DNA of 64,000 bases. Source: Herbaspirillum sp. (GTDB lineage Bacteria > Pseudomonadota > Gammaproteobacteria > Burkholderiales > Burkholderiaceae_D). The notes under the pieces are model-generated. The model saw nothing but the letters and a program-made list of their open reading frames with translations. It had not been told where the DNA came from and ran no database searches. Below, piece by piece: positions 1-12,247 of the stretch (positions within the stretch are counted from its first letter, which is position 1; the number at the start of each line of letters is the position of its first letter). Both the position numbers and the translations under genes were made by a program. The stretch is taken from the NCBI GenBank assembly GCA_036499085.1, contig DASYEK010000116.1, positions 273 through 64,272 of the forward strand. The letters run 5' to 3'.

Positions 1-2
1 GC

Positions 3-1733
3 GTGGAAGAAACGCTGAAGACGCTGCCGAAATACGCCGAAACCGACCGCGCGCTGATCGACCAGGTGTTGGAAGAGGGCGGCAAATTCGCGTCGGAAGT
101 GCTGTTCCCGCTGAACCGCAGCGGCGACCGCGAAGGCTGCCATCACGACAAGGCCGCCAGGACCGTCACTACGCCGAAGGGCTACAAGGAAGCCTACAAG
201 CAATACGTCGACGCCGGCTGGCCTTCGCTGGCCTGCGATCCGGAACTCGGCGGGCAAGGCCTGCCGGTGGTGGTAAACAATTCCTTCTACGAAATGATCA
301 ACTCGGCCAACCAGGCCTGGACCATGTATCCGGGCCTGTCGCACGGCGCCTACGAATGCCTGCACGCGCACGGCACGGCGGAGCAGAAGGAAAAATACTT
401 GCCGAAACTGGTTTCCGGCGAATGGACCGGCACCATGTGCCTGACCGAGGCGCACTGCGGCACCGACCTCGGCCTGCTGCGCTCGAAAGCGGAGCCGCAG
501 CCCGACGGCAGCTACAAAATCACCGGCAGCAAGATCTTCATTTCGGCCGGCGAACACGACATGGCCGAGAACATCCTGCATCTGGTGCTGGCGCGGCTGC
601 CGGACGCGCCCGAGGGGTCGAAAGGCATCTCGCTGTTCCTGGTGCCGAAATTCCTGTCCGATGCCGGCGGCGCGCTGGGCGAACGCAATCCGATTTTCGT
701 CGGCGCCATCGAAGAGAAAATGGGCATCCACGGCAACGCCACCTGCCAACTGAACCTGGACGGCGCGACCGGCACACTGATCGGCGAACCGCACAAGGGC
801 CTGAATGCGATGTTCGTGTTCATGAACTTCGCCCGCCTTGGCGTCGGCATGCAGGGCCTGGGACTGACGGAAGTCGCGTATCAGAACGCCGTCGTCTATG
901 CCAAGGATCGCATCCAGATGCGCAGCCTGTCCGGCGTCAAGGCGCCCGACAAGCCGGCCGATCCGATCATCGTGCATCCGGATGTACGCCGCATGCTGCT
1001 GACCGCCAGGGCCTATGCCGAAGGCGCGCGCGCATTCTGTTCCTATGTCGCGCTGCAGATCGACAAGGAACTCAACCATCCCGACGAAGCCGTGCGCAAG
1101 GATGCCGCCGACCAGGTCGCGCTGCTGACGCCGGTCATCAAGGCCTTCCTGACGGACAATGCCTGGACCGCCACTTCGGAATGCCTGCAAGTCTACGGCG
1201 GACACGGTTATATCGCCGAATGGGGCATGGAGCAATACGTGCGCGATGCCCGCATCAACATGATCTACGAAGGCACCAACACCATCCAGTCGCTCGATCT
1301 GCTGGGACGCAAGATCCTGATGGACAACGGCGCCAAGCTGAAAAAATTCGGCGCGCAGATCCAGGCCTTCGTGGAAGACAACGGGCTGGACGAAAACCTG
1401 TCCGAATTCATCACGCCGCTGGCCGATATCGGCGACAAGGTCACCAAGCTGACCATGGAAATCGGCATGAAGGCGTTCCAGAACCAGGACGAAGTCGGCG
1501 CGGCGGCAGTGCCATATCTGCGCGTGGTCGGCCACCTGGTTTATGCGTATCTTTTTGCGCAGATGGCAAAGATTGCGCTGGAGAAAAAAGACAGCGGCGA
1601 CACGTTCTATACGGCCAAGCTGGCCACGGCGCGTTTCTATTTCGCGCGTCTGCTGCCGGAAACCGCGATGCTGATCCGCCAGGCGCGTTCGGGATCGGGT
1701 AATCTGATGGCGCTGGACGCAGACCTGTTCTGA
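3..1733 (+). CDS. Acyl-CoA dehydrogenase (long, C-terminal-domain type), 5' end outside window
   Basis: ACAD motifs: TMCLTEAHCGTDL, GSKIFIS, KMGIHGNAT, LQVYGGHGY, IYEGTNTIQ; first gene of fad cluster. Confidence 0.95.
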   Translation: MEETLKTLPKYAETDRALIDQVLEEGGKFASEVLFPLNRSGDREGCHHDKAARTVTTPKGYKEAYKQYVDAGWPSLACDPELGGQGLPVVVNNSFYEMINSANQAWTMYPGLSHGAYECLHAHGTAEQKEKYLPKLVSGEWTGTMCLTEAHCGTDLGLLRSKAEPQPDGSYKITGSKIFISAGEHDMAENILHLVLARLPDAPEGSKGISLFLVPKFLSDAGGALGERNPIFVGAIEEKMGIHGNATCQLNLDGATGTLIGEPHKGLNAMFVFMNFARLGVGMQGLGLTEVAYQNAVVYAKDRIQMRSLSGVKAPDKPADPIIVHPDVRRMLLTARAYAEGARAFCSYVALQIDKELNHPDEAVRKDAADQVALLTPVIKAFLTDNAWTATSECLQVYGGHGYIAEWGMEQYVRDARINMIYEGTNTIQSLDLLGRKILMDNGAKLKKFGAQIQAFVEDNGLDENLSEFITPLADIGDKVTKLTMEIGMKAFQNQDEVGAAAVPYLRVVGHLVYAYLFAQMAKIALEKKDSGDTFYTAKLATARFYFARLLPETAMLIRQARSGSGNLMALDADLF

Positions 1734-1796
1734 GCACTGGCGCCGCCGCCCGATTGAACTGCAAGCTCCCCACCCTTCCCAATCCAGGAGAAATGC

Positions 1797-4184
<2,388 letters not shown>

Positions 4185-4276
4185 AGCCTGGCCGGAAGCC
4201 ATCGCGGGCGCTTTACCGCGCTTGATCAACTTACGCTCAGCGTTCACGCAAATAATGCAGTGCAAGGAGAAATGAC

Positions 4277-5473
4277 ATGACAAAACAACTTCAGGACGCC
4301 TACATCGTCGCCGCGACCCGGACCCCGATCGGCAAGGCGCCGCGCGGCATGTTCAAGAACACGCGTCCGGACGACCTGCTGGTGCGGGCGATCCAGTCGG
4401 CGGTGGCGCAGGTGCCGGGCCTGGACCCGAACCTGATCGAAGACGCCATCGTCGGCTGCTCGTTTCCGGAAGGTGCGCAGGGCCTGAACATGGCGCGCAT
4501 TGCGGTGCTGCTGGCGGGTTTGCCGAAGACCGTGGGCGGCGTGACCGTCAATCGCTATTGCGCTTCCGGCATCACCGCGATCGCGATGGCGGCCGACCGC
4601 ATCCGCGTCGGCCAGGCCGATGTGATGATCGCCGCCGGCGCCGAGTCGATGTCGATGGTGCCGATGATGGGTTTCCATCCGTCGATGAACATGGAAGTCT
4701 TCAAGGACGAGAATATCGGCATGGCTTACGGCATGGGCCTCACCGCCGAGAAGGTTGCGGCGCAGTGGAAAGTGTCGCGCGAAGACCAGGACCAGTTCTC
4801 CCTGGAATCGCACCAGAAGGCGATTGCGGCGCAGAAGGCCGGTCACTTCAAGGACGAGACCACGCCGGTCGAGATCATCGAGCGTTTCCCGAACCTGTCC
4901 ACCGGCCAGATCGATATCGTGACCCGCACCGTCGATACCGACGAAGGCGCGCGCGCCGATTCCACGCTGGCGGCGCTGACCAGGCTCAAGCCGGTGTTCG
5001 CCGCCAAGGGCAGCGTCACCGCCGGCAACAGTTCGCAGATGTCGGACGGCGCGGGCGCGCTGATCCTGGTCAGCGAAAAGATCCTGAAGCAATTCAACCT
5101 GACGCCGCTGGCGCGCTTCGCCGCGTTTGCCGTCAAGGGCGTGCCGCCGGAAATCATGGGCATCGGTCCGAAAGAGGCGATTCCGGTCGCGTTGCGCGCC
5201 GCCGGCATCACACAGGATCAGCTGGACTGGATCGAGCTCAACGAAGCCTTCGCTGCGCAGGCGCTGGCCGTGATCCGCGACCTGGGCCTGGACCCGTCCA
5301 AGGTCAATCCCATGGGCGGCGCGATCGCGCTGGGCCATCCGCTCGGCGCCACCGGCGCGATCCGTGCGGCGACCACCATCCATGCCCTGCGTCGCAACAA
5401 GCTGAAATACGGCATGGTGACCATGTGCGTCGGCACCGGCATGGGCGCGGCAGGTATTTTCGAACGCATGTAA
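4277..5473 (+). CDS. fadA: Acetyl-CoA C-acyltransferase (3-ketoacyl-CoA thiolase)
   Basis: NRYCASG, ELNEAFA, GHPLGATG, MCVGTGMG thiolase motifs; AAGGAG RBS. Confidence 0.95.
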   Translation: MTKQLQDAYIVAATRTPIGKAPRGMFKNTRPDDLLVRAIQSAVAQVPGLDPNLIEDAIVGCSFPEGAQGLNMARIAVLLAGLPKTVGGVTVNRYCASGITAIAMAADRIRVGQADVMIAAGAESMSMVPMMGFHPSMNMEVFKDENIGMAYGMGLTAEKVAAQWKVSREDQDQFSLESHQKAIAAQKAGHFKDETTPVEIIERFPNLSTGQIDIVTRTVDTDEGARADSTLAALTRLKPVFAAKGSVTAGNSSQMSDGAGALILVSEKILKQFNLTPLARFAAFAVKGVPPEIMGIGPKEAIPVALRAAGITQDQLDWIELNEAFAAQALAVIRDLGLDPSKVNPMGGAIALGHPLGATGAIRAATTIHALRRNKLKYGMVTMCVGTGMGAAGIFERM

Positions 5474-5507
5474 TGCAAGGCATGGCAATCCCAAAGGCAT
5501 AGACCGC

Positions 5508-5541
5508 AAAGGCCGCGCAATATTCTTGCGCGGCCTTTTTT
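5508..5541 (+). terminator. Rho-independent terminator after thiolase
   Basis: AAAGGCCGCGCAA-TATTC-TTGCGCGGCCTTT stem followed by T run. Confidence 0.8.
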
Positions 5542-5563
5542 ATTCAGACAAATCGAGGCCAGC

Positions 5564-6337
5564 ATGCAAACAGCCGACGTCGCAATCGCCAAACAGGATG
5601 GCTTGCTCAGCATCGTCTTCAATCGCGAATCGAAAAAGAACGCCATCACCACCGTCATGTACCAGGCCATGTGTGATGCATTGCAGGCTGCGGAAAGCGA
5701 TCCGGAAATACGCGCCATCCTGTTCCTCGGCAATTCCCGGATATTCACCGCCGGCAACGACCTGGAAGACTTCCTGCAGAATCCGCCGAAGGGCGCCGAC
5801 AGCCCGGTAGTGCAATTCCTGCTGCGCATCAGCCAGGCGAGCAAGCCGCTGGTGGCCGGCGTCTGCGGCAATGCGATCGGCATCGGCAGCACCATGCTGC
5901 TGCATTGCGACCTGGTCTATGCCGCGGATAACGCCAAATTCGCCATGCCGTTCGCGCAACTGGGTTTGTGCCCGGAAGCGGCTTCATCGCTATTGCTGCC
6001 GCAAGTGGCCGGCTACCAGCGCGCTGCCGAGAAATTGTTGCTGGGCGAAGCGTTCGGCGCCGACGAGGCCTTGCAGATGGGATTGATCAGCAAGGTATTG
6101 CCGGCGGCCGAACTGGAGGCGTATGCGCGCGGACAGGCCGCCAAGTTGATCGCATTGCCTGCCTCATCTATACGCGTGACCAAGCTGCTGATGAAGCAGA
6201 ATCGGAAAGCGGCGATCGAGCAGACGATTTTCGAGGAAGTCGAGCAATTCGGCGCAATGCTGAAATCGCCCGAAGCGCGCGAGGCGATGACGGCGTTTCT
6301 TGAGAAACGGAAGGCGGATTTCAGGCGGTTTGCTTGA
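5564..6337 (+). CDS. Enoyl-CoA hydratase/isomerase family protein
   Basis: FTAGNDL, AIGIG, LGLCPEA crotonase motifs. Confidence 0.9.
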   Translation: MQTADVAIAKQDGLLSIVFNRESKKNAITTVMYQAMCDALQAAESDPEIRAILFLGNSRIFTAGNDLEDFLQNPPKGADSPVVQFLLRISQASKPLVAGVCGNAIGIGSTMLLHCDLVYAADNAKFAMPFAQLGLCPEAASSLLLPQVAGYQRAAEKLLLGEAFGADEALQMGLISKVLPAAELEAYARGQAAKLIALPASSIRVTKLLMKQNRKAAIEQTIFEEVEQFGAMLKSPEAREAMTAFLEKRKADFRRFA

Positions 6338-6459
6338 AAAATTTCCTGATGCGTCTTTGGAAGATCGATATTGCCTAGCGCGGTGCGCTATTATTCGATT
6401 TCGCCAATCGCATTATTTTTTGCGCATTATTTCTTTCATTATCTCGCTGAATACCGACC

Positions 6460-6618
6460 ATGAAACAAATCATCACCAGCATCCTCATCGGCATCGCGTT
6501 GTACTTTCTCTATCCCATCATCGCCCGCTTCGTTTCCAATCATCATTTGCTGGTAATGGCGATTTCCGGCGGCGTGATTTCCTATCTTGTGATGTTGATC
6601 ATGGATCGAATCAACTAA
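6460..6618 (+). CDS. Small 52-aa two-transmembrane protein (below ORF-track cutoff)
   Basis: Manual translation MKQIITSILIGIALYFLYPIIARFVSNHHLLVMAISGGVISYLVMLIMDRIN*; two hydrophobic stretches. Confidence 0.55.
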   Translation: MKQIITSILIGIALYFLYPIIARFVSNHHLLVMAISGGVISYLVMLIMDRIN

Positions 6619-6829
6619 GAAGAAAATTCTTCTCGATTCCGGCGGTTATTCGATGCCGGAAAGTTTTCTTTGTCGATGCCAAGCCAAGGACAGTCACCCA
6701 CGCATAGCCGGTGGCTAACACGGTTGGCCATCCTCGCTATAGTTTCCAGCGTGTTGTTTACTTGGGAATCTGACTTATCTTGAAGTCCGCTATCTGCAGC
6801 CGCCGTCAGATAAAAACGAAAGTAGATCA

Positions 6830-7273
6830 ATGGGAATACTGAATGACGCCATACGCGAGATAGCGTTGGAGAAACAAGCGGCCGAAGATGAATTCAGGCA
6901 GGCGCTGGAGGATTTCGACATGATCACATCCAGAGCCGCCGACACGGTGAAGCAGGCGATTGCGGCCTTGCGGATTGAGCTGCAGGCCGCTGATTGGTGG
7001 TCCGATGAATTAAGTGAGGATAACCGGAAGCCTCACTATCTGAGCTTGAGCTTTCGCGTGCGGCGCTATTCAGGAAATCACGATCTGGAAATCAATCCTG
7101 ATTATTTTTATTCGATTAAATTTGATGCGTTGGGCGGGGCCGTCAGGACGACGGGCGAAATCGATCCGTTGCTGGAACCACATGAATTTCGTGGTGTTGC
7201 CAGACAGGATTTTGCATTGGATCTGCAGATGGATATCAAACTATTCTTGAAAGCAATTCTTTATAGAAACTGA
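6830..7273 (+). CDS. Hypothetical protein (147 aa)
   Basis: Clean ORF with natural composition in AT-richer DNA; no family recognised. Confidence 0.6.
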   Translation: MGILNDAIREIALEKQAAEDEFRQALEDFDMITSRAADTVKQAIAALRIELQAADWWSDELSEDNRKPHYLSLSFRVRRYSGNHDLEINPDYFYSIKFDALGGAVRTTGEIDPLLEPHEFRGVARQDFALDLQMDIKLFLKAILYRN

Positions 7274-7511
7274 GATAGGCAGGCGGGAGAATTACGGGAA
7301 GTCCTCTTTCGGCCAGAAGCGGTCAATCGAATTATTCTTTAGGTGAAACCGAACTCACGGTTTGGCGGAGAAAATACAAATCAACTATCAAATTTGTTGT
7401 GAAACCTAGTGGTGCCCAATGCCTGATAATGGACAGTTAACGTATATGACATAGTAGTCGTCTATAGCGCAATGACGCATAGTGAATGTTGGCGGACAAT
7501 AGCTTGAATGA

Positions 7512-7525
7512 CACCGCTTCCGCCA
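7512..7525 (+). other. tRNA-Ser(UGA) 3'-end-like fragment (possible att-site scar); not a full tRNA
   Basis: CACCGCTTCCGCCA resembles the recalled 3' end of proteobacterial tRNA-Ser(UGA), directly followed by a terminator; no cloverleaf upstream. Confidence 0.4.
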
Positions 7526-7532
7526 GATTGTT

Positions 7533-7561
7533 AAAAACCCTTGATTTCAAGGGTTTTTTTT
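7533..7561 (+). terminator. Rho-independent (possibly bidirectional) terminator
   Basis: AAAAACCCTTG-ATTT-CAAGGGTTTTTTTT. Confidence 0.8.
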
Positions 7562-7785
7562 CGTCTAAAAAAATCTAGGCATAAGACCTTCATAGTCTAA
7601 AACACGCAGCTCCAAGATACATCTAAAGTCGAATGCCACTGTAAAAAAACAAGAAAAGTATTAAAGAAATGGAAATGTTTTCCGATAAAAGAATTGGCCA
7701 GCAAATTCAAATCTGCAAACAGTTTCTGACAAATTATGACAGCCAAACAAAGCCTCTCATTGCCATCCGCGGAGAAAATTCAAAA

Positions 7786-10074
7786 ATGAACCACAACTTC
7801 AAAGTCATCTTCAACAGCAGTCTCGGCATTTCGCAAGTCGTATCGGAACACACTCGCGGCAAGGGCAAGAGCAAGACCGTGCGCGCAACGGGCAAGACGG
7901 CCAAGGCAATGAAAAAAGCAATCGCGGTGGTACCTGGCCTTGCGCTGGGTTTCGCGCTGGCGCCGGCCGTATGGGCGCAGTCGGTCACTTTCGATGGCGT
8001 GGATCAAGGAGCGACGTCGACCTCGACGCAAAGTTCGCTCGGCGCCGGCGGCGCCAATCCCAGCGCAGTCATTGTCACTGGCATCGGCGCAAACTGGACT
8101 CCCGGCGGCGGAGGTTCGATCTTCGTTGGCAGAGGCGGCACCGGCTCCCTCAATATCCTGAACGGCGGCAAGGTCAGCACCGGTGAGCTGCGGCTCGGAT
8201 TCGGGGGCAGCGGCAACGGCACCGTCAATCTCAATTCAAACGGCATACTGGAAACTGGCGGCGTACAAAAGGATAGCCCCCAAGGCGTCCTCAGCGTCGA
8301 CGGCGGTATTCTGCGCGCCATGTACAGTGAGTCGGACTTCCTGCGAAGTTTCTCCACCGGCGACATCACCATCGGCAATGGCGGCGCTTTTATCGATACG
8401 CAAGGCTTTTCTGTCGGCATCGCCAGCGCTGCCGGCATTTTCACCGGCAGCGGCGGCCTGACCAAGCAAGGCAGCGGCACGCTGACCATCAACGGCGGCA
8501 ACACGTGGGGCGGCAACACCACGGTGTCGGCCGGTACGCTGACACTGGGCAGCTACGCCCAGAGCAGCGGCCAGGCACTGGGCATAGGTGCCGCCAGTAC
8601 GTCGAATTACGGCAAGCTGAATGTCACCGGCACCGCCACCTTCAATGCCGGGGCAAACCTGGCCGTCAATGTGGCCGGCGTCAATACGCTGGCCAATGGG
8701 CAGACCCTGAGCGGCGTCATCACCGCCGGCACCCTCAATGCCTCCACCTTCAATGTCACGGACAATTCCGCGCTTTTCGATTTCCAGGCCACCCGCAATG
8801 GCAACAGTGTCGATCTGAATATCCTGCTCGCATCCACCACCACGCCCCCAACCGGCCCGACCGACTCCGCCAGTCTCACATCTTCCACCTTCAGTGGTGT
8901 CCGCGATGGGGTGCTCACCAGCGGCGTCTCTTCCGCCTTCGATGCCGCACGCGTTCTCGACAATCTCATCAACGCCGCGCCTGGCGGTGACATGGGTACG
9001 GTCATTACCGCACTCGGCCAGTTGAGCACGCAACGCGATGTCGGACGCGCCGCCGTGCAAACGCTGCCGTTGTTGACCAGCGGCGTCGCGCAATCCACTT
9101 TGGGCATGCTGGGATCGTTCAACAGCGTGGTGCAAAATCGTCTCTCCAACATTGGTGGCGGTAGCGGCTTAGTGGGTAGCGCCGGCGATGCCGGCAGCAC
9201 CCTCAGCGGCATTGCCACCGGTGAACATGCCGCCGATCGACACGTCTGGGCCAAGGCCTTCGGGTCACGCGCTGATCAGGACGATCGCAATGGTGCGTCC
9301 GGCTTCAGCGCCAATAGCTGGGGTACGGCTTTAGGTGCGGACAGCGCTTTGACACCCGATACGCTGCTGGGTATTTCATATGCCTACGCCAACAGCAGCG
9401 TCTACGGTAATTCAGATTTATCCGGCGCTGCACAGCACGCCAATATCGATTCGAATGTGCTCGGCATCTACGGCAGCACTGCGCTGCCGAACGCGATGCA
9501 ACTGGACTTCCAGGCCGATATCGGTCGCAGCCATACCGACGGCACACGCAATATCAACTTCGGCGGACTGAGCCGCACGGCGACGTCTGGTTACGCAACC
9601 TACAGCGCGCATGTCGGCACAGGATTATCGAAAGACATCGCCTTGACCGAGCGCACTACGTTCACTCCGGATGTTCGCGCCGATTACACGCAATTGCGGG
9701 CGCAGGGATACAGCGAATCGGGGGCGGGTGCATTGAATCTGAATGTGGATGCCAACACGACCAGAGCCTTCGTGCTGAGTGCCGGGGGAAGATTGCGTCA
9801 GGCATTGACGGAACATTCCTGGCTCAGCGCCAATCTCGGTGCCGGCTATGACACCATCAACGATCGCGGCGACGTGGTATCGGTCTATGCCGGTGCGCCA
9901 GGCCAATCCTTTACGACCACCGGCATCGATCATTCGCCGTGGCTCATCAACGCCGGCATCGGTTATACCTATCAGGCGAATTCAGGCATGCAGGTGGTGC
10001 TGCGCTATGACGTGGATGGGCGTAGCGGGTACTTGAATCAGACGGCTTCGGTCAAGGCCGGTTGGTTGTTTTGA
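7786..10074 (+). CDS. Type Va autotransporter (ESPR signal, short beta-helical passenger, C-terminal beta-barrel)
   Basis: MNHNFKVIFNSSLGISQVVSE ESPR-like start after GGAG; GSGGLTKQGSGTLTINGGNTWGGNTTVSAGTL passenger repeat; barrel begins near VWAKAFG and ends in ...KAGWLF. Confidence 0.9.
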   Translation: MNHNFKVIFNSSLGISQVVSEHTRGKGKSKTVRATGKTAKAMKKAIAVVPGLALGFALAPAVWAQSVTFDGVDQGATSTSTQSSLGAGGANPSAVIVTGIGANWTPGGGGSIFVGRGGTGSLNILNGGKVSTGELRLGFGGSGNGTVNLNSNGILETGGVQKDSPQGVLSVDGGILRAMYSESDFLRSFSTGDITIGNGGAFIDTQGFSVGIASAAGIFTGSGGLTKQGSGTLTINGGNTWGGNTTVSAGTLTLGSYAQSSGQALGIGAASTSNYGKLNVTGTATFNAGANLAVNVAGVNTLANGQTLSGVITAGTLNASTFNVTDNSALFDFQATRNGNSVDLNILLASTTTPPTGPTDSASLTSSTFSGVRDGVLTSGVSSAFDAARVLDNLINAAPGGDMGTVITALGQLSTQRDVGRAAVQTLPLLTSGVAQSTLGMLGSFNSVVQNRLSNIGGGSGLVGSAGDAGSTLSGIATGEHAADRHVWAKAFGSRADQDDRNGASGFSANSWGTALGADSALTPDTLLGISYAYANSSVYGNSDLSGAAQHANIDSNVLGIYGSTALPNAMQLDFQADIGRSHTDGTRNINFGGLSRTATSGYATYSAHVGTGLSKDIALTERTTFTPDVRADYTQLRAQGYSESGAGALNLNVDANTTRAFVLSAGGRLRQALTEHSWLSANLGAGYDTINDRGDVVSVYAGAPGQSFTTTGIDHSPWLINAGIGYTYQANSGMQVVLRYDVDGRSGYLNQTASVKAGWLF

Positions 10075-10151
10075 TCTTGTCCAGGAATGACAATTATCAG
10101 CCAAGAGCAGTCTTGAGTAAACTGCTCCAAAATCTATAGAAGATAAAAATT

Positions 10152-10601
10152 ATGTCTCTGGACATGACACTCGAGACTGAAGGTGATTCGCCGGATTGGG
10201 CCGTTTTAGAAAAGGCGGCAAAGGCAGTTGCATTGGGGGAATTGACCAATTCATTTTCGAGTCCGGAAAGAAAAGGGGTTTTGACTAACTTCTATGAAAT
10301 GGAAGAGAGGTTTGATGGCTGGTTCTTGAAGTCGAGAACTTCTTTCTGTTTGCACAAACAAGCAAGTCTTGAACATATCTGTGCGGAAGGCATGCACGGC
10401 TGTGATTTCAAAGTGCGATATATCATTGTCTTCCGCCCTCCGGCTAGCGGATATGACGAATTTGTAGAGGAAATCAGGGTTTTCTTAAGCACCTTAACGG
10501 ACCTGTCTTCAATGCAATTCGTACTCTCATTTCAGTACGAGGGCGTCTATGCCATTCGCAATGCGATCGGCTTCAGCTTTCACTGGGACGCACCAAAATA
10601 A
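10152..10601 (+). CDS. Hypothetical protein (149 aa), AT-rich
   Basis: ORF with atypical codon usage; no motif recognised. Confidence 0.6.
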   Translation: MSLDMTLETEGDSPDWAVLEKAAKAVALGELTNSFSSPERKGVLTNFYEMEERFDGWFLKSRTSFCLHKQASLEHICAEGMHGCDFKVRYIIVFRPPASGYDEFVEEIRVFLSTLTDLSSMQFVLSFQYEGVYAIRNAIGFSFHWDAPK

Positions 10602-10647
10602 ATATGATGCGTGAAGATGTCCGGTTCGCCCATATACCGACTGAGGG

Positions 10648-11274
10648 ATGCCAATGGAAAATATTTTTTCTGTAATTGATGCCGAAAAAGCGTTTAAAAA
10701 TTATGGATGCAAACATTTTTACATGTATAGAGAAGATCCAGATCTCTATTCAAAATATGAGAATCTAAATATATCGAAAGCGCAAGAGATACGATGGGCC
10801 TGTGAGACATACTCTGAGTGGGTTAAACGTTTGGCTGACGATACCATTTCACCAGACGAATTATGGGGAATGCACTCGAGGGCGACGGATTTGGTTGAAT
10901 ATATCAACAGTTTAGTTTCGCTCCGAAGTCTATTTGATATGTCGTTTCAAATACTAGAGAAAGTGCCTGAAAGTGATTGCATCATGTGTGCAGAGAATAT
11001 TCTTGGGCGCCGTGATGTCTCTTGCAAGGGTGGAGTCATTTTCCAATCCGTTAACTTACACGAGCCAGATTTGGCAATACTTTTTTTAGAGCTGGCGGGT
11101 AGATTTATAAGCAGATACGAAAAACGTAATCTCGAAAGAAGTGAGCAAGCGACGAAGCGTGCGAAGATAATTGAGTCAATGATAAGGCCTGAAGTAACTC
11201 CCGAATTAACCCCTGAAGCAGCTCCTCCATGGCGACAGCGAGCAGCAAATATTTTCTCGTCTTTCTTCCGTTAA
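10648..11274 (+). CDS. Hypothetical protein (208 aa), AT-rich
   Basis: Long ORF in AT-rich DNA with GAGG RBS. Confidence 0.65.
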   Translation: MPMENIFSVIDAEKAFKNYGCKHFYMYREDPDLYSKYENLNISKAQEIRWACETYSEWVKRLADDTISPDELWGMHSRATDLVEYINSLVSLRSLFDMSFQILEKVPESDCIMCAENILGRRDVSCKGGVIFQSVNLHEPDLAILFLELAGRFISRYEKRNLERSEQATKRAKIIESMIRPEVTPELTPEAAPPWRQRAANIFSSFFR

Positions 11275-11509
11275 ACAAGGCGGCATTCATTTTTCGTCCG
11301 CTTCGAGTAGCGGACTTCCGCAATCGGCCAGAAGCCCACGTTCAGAATTACAAAAATATACTGAGAACCGCGAGCTTCCAAAAGCTCGACATCCGAAAAA
11401 TAAAGACCACTAAAAAGCCCATTCGTACCAAAACAACAGTCCGAATGCAGCTTGCGGCGGCCTATATCGGATGCATTTCCAAATCCAGATGTTTTTCTTA
11501 ATAAAAAAC

Positions 11510-12223
11510 CTACAATCCAGTATCCCCACAAACCGGCCACGCAGTCCCTTTATCGACCACACGCAAGGCATTCCACAAAGTCGCACCATGCGTGGTAATA
11601 ACCGGCTTCTTGATTACTTTCTCGATCCGGTCGGCAGCACGCAGCGACTGCCAGTTCATGCAAGACAACAGCAGCGCATCCGAATCCGGATTCCAGCATT
11701 CCAACGCAAACTTCGCGATGGCGTCCGGCGGCACGCGTTCCTTGGTCAAGCCGTTCTTTTCCAGCACCGTGGCAGACACCGATGAAGACGTTTCAATACC
11801 ATTGGTGGCCAGATACGACACCGCGATCGCATTGGTTGTATCTCTATACGGCGCGATAAACGTGATATTGGCGGCCTTGATGTAACGCAAGGCCTCCACC
11901 ACCGACATCATCGTGGTGACCATTGGAATGCCGGTCTCCTCCAGCACCTGAGCGCACAGCGCCTGCTCCGCGGCATAGCCATGCAGGATGCCCGACGCCG
12001 CACAGCAGGACGCAATCACATCGACCTTGGCCGAAGCCAGCTCGCGCACCGCGCGCGGCAACGATTTCGACATCTCCAGGATACCGGCGTCGCCGCCGCC
12101 CGGATTGAACAGCCGCGTCGCAAAAAAATCGCATTGATCGCCGGCGATCGCGTAATACAAGGGTTCGGTGACGACCTGTCCGCTGTTGACGATCAGGCCG
12201 ACCTTGACTTTGGGTTGTTTCAT
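11510..12223 (-). CDS. Maleate cis-trans isomerase / arylmalonate decarboxylase (Asp/Glu racemase superfamily) protein
   Basis: VGLIVNS start, ELASAKVDVIASCCAASG, IAPY, LLLSCMNW, KPVITTHGATLW. Confidence 0.75.
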   Translation of the reverse strand: MKQPKVKVGLIVNSGQVVTEPLYYAIAGDQCDFFATRLFNPGGGDAGILEMSKSLPRAVRELASAKVDVIASCCAASGILHGYAAEQALCAQVLEETGIPMVTTMMSVVEALRYIKAANITFIAPYRDTTNAIAVSYLATNGIETSSSVSATVLEKNGLTKERVPPDAIAKFALECWNPDSDALLLSCMNWQSLRAADRIEKVIKKPVITTHGATLWNALRVVDKGTAWPVCGDTGL

Positions 12224-12247
12224 GACGTTCCTATAGAGATGCCAGTT

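Noticed and set aside
6615-6830. 71-aa minus-strand ORF
   Set aside because: No recognisable motif or RBS; likely spurious
7440-7530. Intact tRNA gene
   Set aside because: Only a 14-nt 3'-end match; no D-arm, anticodon arm or T-loop could be folded
7669-7785. 39-aa N-terminal extension of the autotransporter
   Set aside because: The ESPR motif and RBS point to the ATG at 7786
11271-11540. 89-aa minus-strand ORF
   Set aside because: No RBS or motif, overlaps the isomerase 3' end; at most a fragment
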